NCBI GenBank assembly: GCA_040437565.1
Contig: JBDOQK010000016.1
Coordinates: 544,699 to 564,698, forward strand
Length of the DNA stretch: 20,000 nucleotides
Origin: Albugo candida
Taxonomy: Eukaryota
Reading direction: 5' to 3'
Shown: piece after piece, positions 1 to 9,668 of the stretch
How positions within the stretch are numbered: position 1 is the first letter of the stretch
Layout: each line of letters opens with the position of its first letter
Program-made: the position numbers and the translations under genes
Notes under the pieces: generated by a model
Told to the model about the DNA's origin: nothing
Databases searched by the model: none
What the model saw: only the letters and a program-made list of their open reading frames with translations

Positions 1-1676
1 AAATATATCGTGCCATGATCCCAACTGGAACATTCAGCACAAACGATGGAATGGATGCCAATGCGAAGATCAGAAATCCATATAACGCCGATCCAATGAC
101 ATCACGATAAGCCCACCAAGCGATATAAGGTACCTGATGGTCTTTAAGCCCCATGATTCGAAGCGTATCGTGATACTCTTGCAGATTGTTCCGTAAAGTG
201 TCGAGATCCTTGCTTGCATGCGGCAATACACTCAAGACTTTGTATCCTTCAGCGAATCTTCTATTGAGATCCTGCGTCTCGGCAGCACTCAATCGTACCC
301 CGGACCTCTGATAGAGCCTTCTAGCTGTAAAGATTAGCTGCATAAGATCATAATTTGGTGCTGTTACAATGACTGCACGCATCCCTTCTTCGATTTCATG
401 CAGGAAATCATTACACGCCTTGCGATTATCAGTTGAATAAACTTGCATGATATGGTCGCTGACGGCAATAGGAGGTCCAAACTCAACGACAGCTCGCCCA
501 CGAAATCGATGTCCTCGGAAATATGTCAAACCCACAGGTACGACAAGCGCGTTAATGTTGTAATTCGCTTTGACTCCAAGTGCCATGATAGCGACTCCAA
601 CTTTTAATGGCAGTAAATCAGTTCGGTCATGAGATCCTCCTTCTGGGAATATTCCAATACAATCTCCGTGCTTGAGATGATTATATACTTCTCGAAACAT
701 ATTTGATTGATCAATTTTCTTCAAAATTCCATATTGACTAGGCGTTTGGACTTGTTTTTGCTCATTGTCCATCAGAACGGACTCGAGATACATATCCGTA
801 TCACTTGTCACTTGCAGAACTTTAACAGGGAGACCACTAGCGAGCACAGAGTCTCCTTGAAAGCGCACTTGGTCTCCTGGACTCACTTGTTTCAGGAATG
901 ATGTTCCCTGACCAATCAGTTTGAATCCTCGCTTCTTGACAATTTTGCAATCTTTCTCCGATAAATTGACTTCTTCGGTGGCGCGAATCGCATCATCGAC
1001 CTCTACTTCCATCGTGACAGTACCTTGGCCAGATATGACATGATCTTGAGATCGAAGAACCGGAATACACCCGATGCTTCTTGCCAACGGTCCGACCACA
1101 GGGAGACGCAACGATTTTTCCGCTATGACAAATCCAACCTACAACACGTTTCGTAGCATCACAGAGTACTGACGAGCCTGCTTTACCTTCCGTTTGCTGT
1201 TCATCATCACCATAAGCGCATCAACGAATTGATTGGCATGATTTCCTAACGCACACATTCTTCATTTGCGAGAGATACTTACATTCAAGTGACATTTTGT
1301 GCAACCTGTGAAAATGACGGGGCCTTCTATGGGAATATTGTCTATTCCAATGACATCGATGCTTTTGAAAAAAATGCTTAATACACTGTGAAAATAGACT
1401 CGGACACAGCGGTAAATTGCTTCCGAAATATTACTCCATAGGAGCACAAGCATCAGCAGAAATGAAAGAACACCCAAATACCAAGCCGGAAAGCCAAGAA
1501 ATTTAGAAATTGCTTTCACGGGGCTTTAAGAATATAGAGATATTATTTGACTAACGAATGGAAGGATACATCTTATGTACGCACTTGAGCGATTCTGTGG
1601 AAAGTGCCATCAATAATGAAAGCGCAAGAAATTGTATCCATACATCATTTAAAACGTCAGCTTTGTGGAATTTCAT
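1..1676 (-). CDS. Glycerol-3-phosphate O-acyltransferase, SCT1/GPT2-like (3' end runs off the window). Exons about 1676-1552, 1523-1306, 1245-1187, 1138-<1
   Basis: Manual splicing at GT-AG introns 1305-1246 and 1186-1139 gives GPVIFTGNHANQFVD (HX4D motif I), IPVLRSQD, IGIFPEGGSHDRTDLLPLKVGVA (motif III) and VVPVGLTYFRGHRFRGRAVVEFGPPI, then hydrophobic segments. The first exon and its 28-bp intron (1551-1524) are less certain. Confidence 0.9.
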
Positions 1677-2048
1677 GATTATTCGAGTAAATAGGATTCG
1701 TGTTGGAATAATGTCACGAAAAACACAATACCAGTGAGATTCGAATTGATACTCAGACGCTGCGATTGCGATAGAGCGCTTCGAATACATATTTCAAGTC
1801 AAATACAATAGAAACGGCTTTTCGAGTGAAGATACATTATATGCGATAGCTGTACATTGACAGCGAAAGACTCACAAGATATAATATAAACGTCTCCAAT
1901 GCGGTATGATTGCGTACACAAGGTTCATAGATTCGCTTTAGTCACAATGCACAATTGAGCAACGAAGCAACTCGCTGATACAACATTCCTTTCGCATTCC
2001 ATATACTCGCTATTTTTGTAACTTTGATCGGACAATTTGTAAAACTCA

Positions 2049-3189
2049 ATGGGCGATGAAAACCTCACTCCTGTTGATGTTATTATCCGAAAGCTATTAG
2101 CTGTCCGAGACAAACCGCAGACAGAAGTTCGAAATTTGACAAATGAAGAGCTGATGTTTCTTTGTCGTGAAACTCGATCGGTAGACACTCGTACATCAGT
2201 TCACATTTGTCGATTCTTTGTGATCGGTGTAGTCAGATCTTTTTAGATGAACCAATGCTCATTGAAGCCCCCGCTCCCATCAATATCTGCGGCGACACAC
2301 ACGGCCAATATGCAGATCTCCTTCGTCTTTTCGAAATGGGCGGATCGCCGAGTGAACAGGACTATATTTTTCTCGGAGACTACGTCGATCGAGCTATGCA
2401 AAGTATTGAAACGATATGCTTACTATTCGCCTACAAGATCAAATTCCCTTCGCGGATGTATCTACTCCGTGGAAATCACGAATGTGCTTCTATCAATCGC
2501 ATTTATGGTCAGCATGCAGTCTGCACTGTAGACGCAACTTGACATAACTTGTGCAACAGGTTTCTATGATGAATGTAAAAGGCGATATACCATCAAGATT
2601 TGGCGTACGTTTGGCGATACATTCAATTGTATGCCTGTGGCAGCCGTAATCGCCGGCAAGGTGATGCATCCGATGTCAACTATGTACACACTCAACTTTG
2701 TATCGCGTTAGATATTTTGTACTCATGGCGGGCTATCCCCGCATTTGTATACTTTTGATCAGATTAAAAGTATACGAAGACCCACAGATGTTCCGGATGA
2801 GGTAATACTACAATTCCTGGTCTATCATTCCTATTTGTGTCATTCATAGTCGGCGATAGGGGTTGTTGTGCGATCTCCTTTGGTCGGATCCGGACCGTGA
2901 CAGCCAGGGATGGACAGAGAGCGATCGTGGCGTATCGTACATCTATGGAGCAGACGTTGTGGAGCAGTTTTTACAGACTCATGATCTTGATTTGATCTGT
3001 CGTGCGCATCAAGTCGTGGCTGATGGGTACGAGTTTTTTGCAGGACGGAGACTGGTTACCATTTTTTCAGCTCCAAATTACTGCAATGAGTTTGATAATG
3101 CGGGTGCGATGCTGGTAGTTGCAAAGAATCTCACATGTTCCTTCAAAGTTCTCTGTTCGGCTGATAAAAAGCGATTAGAATCGCGATAG
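2049..3189 (+). CDS. PP1: Serine/threonine protein phosphatase PP1 catalytic subunit, about 307 aa. Exons 2049-2180, 2237-2507, 2560-2660, 2712-2801, 2860-3189
   Basis: Four GT-AG introns (56, 52, 51, 58 bp) restore one frame containing GDTHGQY, GDYVDRA, LRGNHE, IYGFYDEC, HGGLSP, DLLWSDP, RAHQV and FSAPNYC. Confidence 0.95.
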
Positions 3190-3377
3190 TATGGTTTTTC
3201 ATCACACAAACTCATACAGTCGATAAAGTATTGCAAAGCGAGAAGAAGGTTTAGAAAAGTACATTTTACATCGTAACAAAAATTGAAACCCGAAAGAAAG
3301 TCGTTTGATTCCGCCTCTTATCGTCTCATTCTCCGCGGCTGAGCCGAGTTGGAGTCGTTCAGCCTTTGAATGCGTCT

Positions 3378-4283
3378 TTACAGAGAGTACCCATGAGCTG
3401 TTCCTGGCAAATCTTCCGATCCAGATGGAGCTTTGAAAGGCCCTTCATCGTATTGACGGAAAGAATTTTGTGCTTGCGGAGCTGGAGGTGCTTCCGATGG
3501 CGTTGGAATCGGCGGGGACGGATTGGTGGGAACTGGCGATGGAGAAGGACCGGAGGGAGCAGGTGGTGGGGGAGAGGGAACATTCGGAGGGCTTTTAGTA
3601 ATATCCTTTCCGGGTGGAGGATTGGGTCCCTTTCCCGTCGAATCAGTAACCTGAGCTTCCCAGCATGTGCTATACGTGTCTTCTTTGCTGTTAAAACTCC
3701 ATAACCAGTGGAAGCTATAGGTACCAGGAGCGATATCTCTTTCTAGTTGGAAACACATTGTGCATAATGCTCTCTCCATATTTTCACAAAATCGCGGACA
3801 ATGCTGAAATCCGTTATAATCCACGGTACCATATTTATGCGCTCTATTCAAGTGATCATACGTTTTGGACACGCTTGCGTCGTCATACAGCGGATGACGG
3901 GTGATAATCACACCATAATCCGGCACATATGGAGTCGTACAAGTCGCAGCAACATGGTTTTTCGGTGGATACGCAAGACATACAAGCTGACCAGGCTTAT
4001 AAATTGCCATTTCGATCCCATTGTAATTATCATCGGCCTTGTTGCATTGACATCCATTGGCACTCCTATAATTGAATCCCGTATCAATTCCAAACCCCTC
4101 TCGAGCCTGACGCTGCCCACATCGCGGACGACCGTGACATTTGCCCGCATTCCAGACTTCTCCGTCGACCGATCCATTCTCAAATCGATAATCAGTGCAT
4201 TCAATCCACGAATGCGATTGAGTAAAGTGTAAAAGATGGATACACAGGAAGACACCCAAACGTATCGAAGCATATCGACTCAT
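3378..4283 (-). CDS. Secreted Cys-rich protein with His at the predicted mature N-terminus (histidine-brace/LPMO-like candidate) and a Pro/Ser-rich tail; paralog 1
   Basis: Intronless 301-aa ORF. Hydrophobic leader ends ...HFTQS, then HSWIECTDY; 12 Cys in a domain of about 187 aa; YPPKNH; FHWLW...YSTCWE; Pro-rich C-terminus. About 65% identical (hand count 121/187) to 6464-7390. Confidence 0.85.
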   Translation of the reverse strand: MSRYASIRLGVFLCIHLLHFTQSHSWIECTDYRFENGSVDGEVWNAGKCHGRPRCGQRQAREGFGIDTGFNYRSANGCQCNKADDNYNGIEMAIYKPGQLVCLAYPPKNHVAATCTTPYVPDYGVIITRHPLYDDASVSKTYDHLNRAHKYGTVDYNGFQHCPRFCENMERALCTMCFQLERDIAPGTYSFHWLWSFNSKEDTYSTCWEAQVTDSTGKGPNPPPGKDITKSPPNVPSPPPPAPSGPSPSPVPTNPSPPIPTPSEAPPAPQAQNSFRQYDEGPFKAPSGSEDLPGTAHGYSL

Positions 4284-4314
4284 TCTGTTCCAACAGAACT
4301 TATCTTAGAATATC

Positions 4315-4331
4315 GCAAAATGGAAAATGTG
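4315..4331 (-). promoter_or_regulatory. Possible oomycete INR/FPR core-promoter element
   Basis: Minus strand reads CACATTTTCCATTTTGC 30-50 bp upstream of ATG 4283, resembling the oomycete initiator plus flanking promoter region consensus. Confidence 0.3.
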
Positions 4332-5102
4332 GACTAGTGGCACAGCATAAAATGTGTCTTGCAAGGCCGTTGGAGAAAGAACATGAACGAAATACAACTC
4401 TGAAACGATCTGACTCAAACGTGACGAAAAAGTCTGATTTGTAATGGACAACAAGGGCAAGCCATTGGGTGATGTTTACTATTATCTATCTCACGTATAC
4501 GCCTTCAAAGTTTAACACTAGAGAAAAGTATACAGATCACCGCATTGTAAGGTTGATTTCTTCCCTGCAGTGACTGAAAAGTGATCATCGTTCTTCAACC
4601 GCCCCCAATGCGGCTTCGAGGTAACTGATTCGAGTCTATCACGATCTATGAAGCATCCACGTCTTTTCTTTCGTCAGTATCGACATCCTGGCGTGTCACC
4701 CACACCATTCGATTTTTTCCTCTGTTACGTAGTCAGTAGACTTACTGCGTGTATACAGCTGCATGAGAGCTAAGGACGATAGATATTTCACGGATGAATA
4801 CGGACATAATTCGAAGAAAAGGGATGACCCTTTATCATCACTTCTTCATCGCATACTCACGTGCTGGGCACTTTGTGCGCAGAATCAGACTAAATCAATA
4901 AATGTGAACACTACAAAATATCACCAAATTGCCAGCAGTTTCTGTAATCACATTTTAACTACGATTTTGTATGGAGTTGGCTCCAGATTTTTCTCGAGCT
5001 CATGCAAAAGACTATTTCTAGCGCTATAAATTCCTATAAATTGTAGAAATCGTGTGACCCTGCTCGCAACTGACCTTTGCAATTGATAGCGAAGCGTGAG
5101 AT

Positions 5103-6186
5103 ATGACAGAAAGCGATTCAAATGAGTTACGAGAGAAAGTAAGTGATCGAATGGTTCAATTAAAAGTATTCATACAAAGCGTTTTAGTTGAATGAGATAA
5201 CGAGACAGAACAGATATCTCCAATTAGAAAATGATCTTCTTGAGACTTATGCGGCGCGTTGTGAGGACAAGCTCGTTGATGGAACAGACGAAGGAAATGG
5301 AAAGGAAGAACAAGAGACCAAAGCTTCGCGACTGAGACGCGGTCGTGTGCAGGTGACGCTCACAATTGAGCAGAAAAGTAATATCTGTAATGCCGAATTG
5401 GAGGAAGCAAAAAAGCAAAGTAGCGATTTGAAAACCGCCTCGGAGCGATTGATTGACACTTTGCGTGCCGTATTGGAAGAAACAGATATTCGACTCGCTG
5501 AATTGAGGAAAGATGCGTATGAGTTCAAACGTGACGTCGTCGTCGGGGCGGAGAATTTTCGCACCGGTAAAACGATTGCGGAGAAAATGACCCGGTACCT
5601 TGAGGAGAAACTGAGGCAAAAGGATACTGTGATTGAGAAATTACAGCTTAAGAACGCAGCCTTACAAAATAAGGCACGCACTATCGATACTCAGCTTCGT
5701 CGTAAGGAAGAAATGGGTGATGTTTTGCATTACATTGACTTCCATCAACTCCAAATTGAGAACAAGCAATACATTACAAAAGTCGGTGAAAGGAATGAAG
5801 AGCTACTCAAGCTGAAGCAAGCAAGCGGAATAACTGTGCAATTGTTGAATCAATTGAAAAAGAAATTACAAGACCTTGTTGAGGAGAGCGAGACAATCCG
5901 CTTGGATATTTGCTCACGCAAAGCATTGAATGGAAAGGTCACTGAAGATATTGTACATAACACACAACAGTGCGAAAAAGACATTGAAAAAGCGCAAAAA
6001 CTACAAAATCTGCAAAATGTAGACAATCAGGAAGATTCACCGCAGATTATGGATCATATTCTCCAAAGGGCAAAGATTTACGAATTTCGAACAGAAATCA
6101 AAGCGCTGGAGCGCAAAATAGAAATCGCGGAACGAGGTGTGAAATTGCAAAGGGTTCAGATGCAAAAGGTTGTAAAACTCGGATAA
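5103..6186 (+). CDS. CCDC113: Coiled-coil flagellar protein CCDC113/CFAP263 (DUF4201). Exons 5103-5138, 5188-6186
   Basis: ATG 5103 (MTESDSNELREK), then intron GTAAGT...TTTTAG 5139-5187 in phase 0. Long coiled coil with KEEMGDVLHYIDFHQLQIENKQY and ELLKLK, typical of the CCDC113/CCDC96 family. Confidence 0.85.
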
Positions 6187-6429
6187 AACTGCTTTTTGGA
6201 TAAGGAAAACGTTAATACTTCCGATCAAAAGTAAATAAAAAAGCTCCTAAATTAGCATATCGTGTATGAAAAATGGAACCATCTGATTCTGGTGGTGATT
6301 CATAACGGCATGCGATGGTGCTTGGGCTCAGCAAAACACGTTCATCCGACTCGAGATATCGCGAAACCGCTTACAACGGCACTGGAAAGGTTTCGCAACT
6401 GCAAGTTGTCTCACTTTATCTTACAGACT

Positions 6430-6446
6430 CTCAATTCACAAATTCT
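6430..6446 (+). promoter_or_regulatory. Possible oomycete INR/FPR core-promoter element
   Basis: CTCAATTCACAAATTCT about 20-35 bp upstream of ATG 6464. Confidence 0.35.
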
Positions 6447-6463
6447 CTAATTCACAACACGTG

Positions 6464-7390
6464 ATGAAAACGATCAACTTTCGTATCATTGGTCTTGCAT
6501 TCGCTTGTCTTGACCTCGTGCGTCCAACAGTGTCTCATTCGTGGCTTGAGTGTACTGATTATCGATTCCAAAGCGGATCAAAGGATGAGACTGTGTGGAA
6601 CAAGAACAATTGCTTTGGTCATGCGCGATGTGGCGCTCGTCAAGCTTCTGCTGGCTTTGGAGTCGACACAGGGTTTAATTTCCATAGCGGTCAAGGATGT
6701 CAATGCAGTGAAGGACCCGATAATTATAAAGGCGCAATAATGGCCAAGTATTCTCCGGGTCAGCTTGTTTGTTTGGCTTATCCGCCGAAAACTCACGTCG
6801 CAGCGCCCTGTACGAATCCGTTTATACCTGATGCAGGAGTACAGATCACGCGCTCGGCATTATACAATGACGGTGTGGTAGCAGCATCGTACTCCCATTT
6901 GAATGGAGTTCACGAAAAAGGTGTCGTCGATTTCAAAGGCTTTCAGAATTGTCCAAGATTTTGTGAGGATATCCAAGGAGCTTTGTGCACAATGTGTTTC
7001 CAGTTGGAGAATAATATCACACCCGGAAAGTATACTTTTCATTGGATTTGGTCATTCAACTCGTTGGAGGATCAGTATTCGGCTTGTTGGGAAGCAGAAA
7101 TTGGCGAGCCCGGTTCAGTGACAGTTGCAGGGACGGCTCCATCCAATGTGTCGGCAACCATTGAAGCATCTCCAGCAGTTGTTCCCGTCGATACAAATGC
7201 GACAGCCGTTATCCCAATTCAAATGCAAGTCAATAGCTCCGCACCTTCTCCTTCTTCCACAGGGAGTGTCACTGTGCAATCACTTCCCTCGCCAACAGCA
7301 GTCTCTAATCAATCGGAAACTCCAATTTGCCGAATCGATCCATCGACTGTGCCTGGCCACGAAGCAAGCGCAGGTGGAAATTCTTATTGA
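6464..7390 (+). CDS. Secreted Cys-rich protein with His at the predicted mature N-terminus (histidine-brace/LPMO-like candidate) and a Ser/Thr/Pro-rich tail; paralog 2
   Basis: Intronless 308-aa ORF from ATG 6464. Leader ends ...RPTVS, then HSWLECTDY; the same 12 Cys; YPPKTH; FHWIW...YSACWE; mucin-like tail. Confidence 0.85.
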   Translation: MKTINFRIIGLAFACLDLVRPTVSHSWLECTDYRFQSGSKDETVWNKNNCFGHARCGARQASAGFGVDTGFNFHSGQGCQCSEGPDNYKGAIMAKYSPGQLVCLAYPPKTHVAAPCTNPFIPDAGVQITRSALYNDGVVAASYSHLNGVHEKGVVDFKGFQNCPRFCEDIQGALCTMCFQLENNITPGKYTFHWIWSFNSLEDQYSACWEAEIGEPGSVTVAGTAPSNVSATIEASPAVVPVDTNATAVIPIQMQVNSSAPSPSSTGSVTVQSLPSPTAVSNQSETPICRIDPSTVPGHEASAGGNSY

Positions 7391-7550
7391 ATGTAAGAGG
7401 GCGCAAGTATCAGAATTGCTACACGTCGATTGCATTTGTAGTTTTAAATGTCGCTGTATTGATTAATCAAGTAATTCAATCCTTTCCGAGCAGTTTTCTA
7501 AACGATTTCATCACTGAGAGCTTTGGTAAATTATCGCGCTACAAATCGCA

Positions 7551-8629
7551 TCAGTTAGGATGCATTCTCAGTACACAGTCAAACACTCCAACCTCGGGAC
7601 TTTTCATTGCTTCAGCCTTTTGACGCAAATTGATCCATTGCCGTCGTCCCAAAGTACATTTTTGCATTGTTTCTTGAAGGCGAAAACACGGGAATAATAA
7701 CAGCGGGAGTCGAGTGTTTAACGCTTTAAACTCTTTGTAATCGAGGATTCCATCATTGCTAAAGCGCTTGTAAAGCAGAGTGCTCGATTCTTCACAGAGT
7801 GAGATAAAACGTACCGATCAAATACACTAAAAACGTTTTTCATGTTGCCCGGGAAAAGTGAGCCATTGGGATTGACCAAAGCAGTTAGAGGCTGACACTC
7901 TCTGCATCGAATAAAACCTGATCGTTCAGTATCAAATATATTGAAAGCGACTGCATCATTTTGTTGAGAAACGAGAAAACAACTCCAATCATTCGCTTAC
8001 ACTGTAACATTTCTTCGCGACTAAATGTGCAAAAAAGTATCATCGCGTGCACAAATTCTTCCAAATCGATCTGAAGAGCTCATAAGCGTTATGACAAATC
8101 ACAGAAAGAGAACGAACGAACCGTTCCGTCATTATTCATTTCAATCATTTCAAATAAGCGCTCCGAGAAAACTGTCTTTGGTTCTTGCAAAAAGTCATAA
8201 AATTCCCAGTAATCGATCGAACCGCTTCCGCTGTTATTCTCAGTGTAAGCTTTCAGTATGGAATGCAGCAAACAATCGAAAACGCACTCAAAATCGATTT
8301 TGTCAAAACACTTTTTCAGCTTTTTGAGTTCCCGCTGGCTCACTGAATAGAGACTTTATATTCCCACAATACAAATCGTAATTCGTAGGAATACCTCGCA
8401 TCCGCATGGCAATTGAAGCAGTTTGTGTGCGAGACAGAACGATATTTGGATCATTTTTGGTGTATAATGGCGTGCTATCAATTTTCTTGAATGATTTTGG
8501 TCTTAAAAATGGCATAATTTTTTTCTTTCCCGTTACAGAAATCCTTGGAAGCGTGGTAGTAGAGTCTTTACGCGAAGGCGTATACATATTTCTTCGAGTC
8601 AGACCGCTCGGTACATGAGAGAAAGCCAT
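7551..8629 (-). CDS. EF-hand calcium-binding protein (calcineurin B-like) with a basic N-terminal extension. Exons 8629-8395, 8342-8288, 8230-8122, 8070-8001, 7950-7815, 7758-7551
   Basis: Five GT-AG introns (50-57 bp) give FDKIDFDGSGSIDYWEF, EMNNDGTIDLEEF, FNIFDTERSGFI, FDRNDGILDYKEF and a C-terminal PLLLFPCFRLQETMQKCTLG. The extreme termini are less certain. Confidence 0.8.
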
Positions 8630-9668
8630 TTTCTTCTTTGCTGACCCGATCGTGTCTTTTGTAAACGCCTCCACGCTAGAAATAGCTGAGAACAAAAATG
8701 GATCAAAGCACTCGGATAACGATCTGTCGTCGTCCCAAATTGTCCAAAATCAAAAAACTGAGTATCACGTGGCACTCAGTTGTCCAGCTTTTGTCNNNNN
8801 NNNNNNNNNNNNNNNNNNNNNNNNNNNNNNNNNNNNNNNNNNNNNNNNNNNNNNNNNNNNNNNNNNNNNNNNNNNNNNNNNNNNNNNNNNNNNNNAAATG
8901 TGCAAAAAAGTATCATCGCGTGCACAAATTCTTCCAAATCGATCTGAAGAGCTCATAAGCGTTATGACAAATCACAGAAAGAGAACGAACGAACCGTTCC
9001 GTCATTATTCATTTCAATCATTTCAAATAAGCGCTCCGAGAAAACTGTCTTTGGTTCTTGCAAAAAGTCATAAAATTCCCAGTAATCGATCGAACCGCTT
9101 CCGCTGTTATTCTCAGTGTAAGCTTTCAGTATGGAATGCAGCAAACAATCGAAAACGCACTCAAAATCGATTTTGTCAAAACACTTTTTCAGCTTTTTGA
9201 GTTCCCGCTGGCTCACTGAATAGAGACTTTATATTCCCACAATACAAATCGTAATTCGTAGGAATACCTCGCATCCGCATGGCAATTGAAGCAGTTTGTG
9301 TGCGAGACAGAACGATATTTGGATCATTTTTGGTGTATAATGGCGTGCTATCAATTTTCTTGAATGATTTTGGTCTTAAAAATGGCATAATTTTTTTCTT
9401 TCCCGTTACAGAAATCCTTGGAAGCGTGGTAGTAGAGTCTTTACGCGAAGGCGTATACATATTTCTTCGAGTCAGACCGCTCGGTACATGAGAGAAAGCC
9501 ATTTTCTTCTTTGCTGACCCGATCGTGTCTTTTGTAAACGCCTCCACGCTAGAAATAGCTGAGAACAAAAATGGATCAAAGCACTCGGATAACGATCTGT
9601 CGTCGTCCCAAATTGTCCAAAATCAAAAAACTGAGTATCACGTGGCACTCAGTTGTCCAGCTTTTGTC
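8023..9668. repeat. 773-bp direct duplication (8023-8795 = 8896-9668) around a 100-N gap; probable unmerged contig overlap
   Basis: Copies appear identical at offset 873 and both abut the N run at 8796-8895. The ORF track shows identical duplicated ORFs. Confidence 0.92.

Noticed and set aside
3378-4283. Albugo CHxC/CCG or RxLR effector motif in the secreted Cys-rich proteins
   Set aside because: KCHGRPRC is not CHxC and is not conserved in the paralog (NCFGHARC); there is no RxLR-dEER.
4468-4541. C/D snoRNA-like segment (GGTGAT...ATCACC terminal stem)
   Set aside because: Box C (GTGATGT) and box D (CAGA) are both imperfect and no guide target was identified.
4763-5029. 88-aa ORF upstream of CCDC113
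   Set aside because: No recognisable motifs; probably promoter or intergenic sequence.
5224-5681. Antisense ORFs over CCDC113 (likewise 3366-3704, 3801-4232, 10982-11314, 11899-12330, 18867-19268)
   Set aside because: Shadow frames of better-supported coding sequence on the opposite strand.
8896-9568. Second copy of the EF-hand gene (tandem duplication)
   Set aside because: Identical, truncated at the gap edge and explained by unmerged contig overlap.
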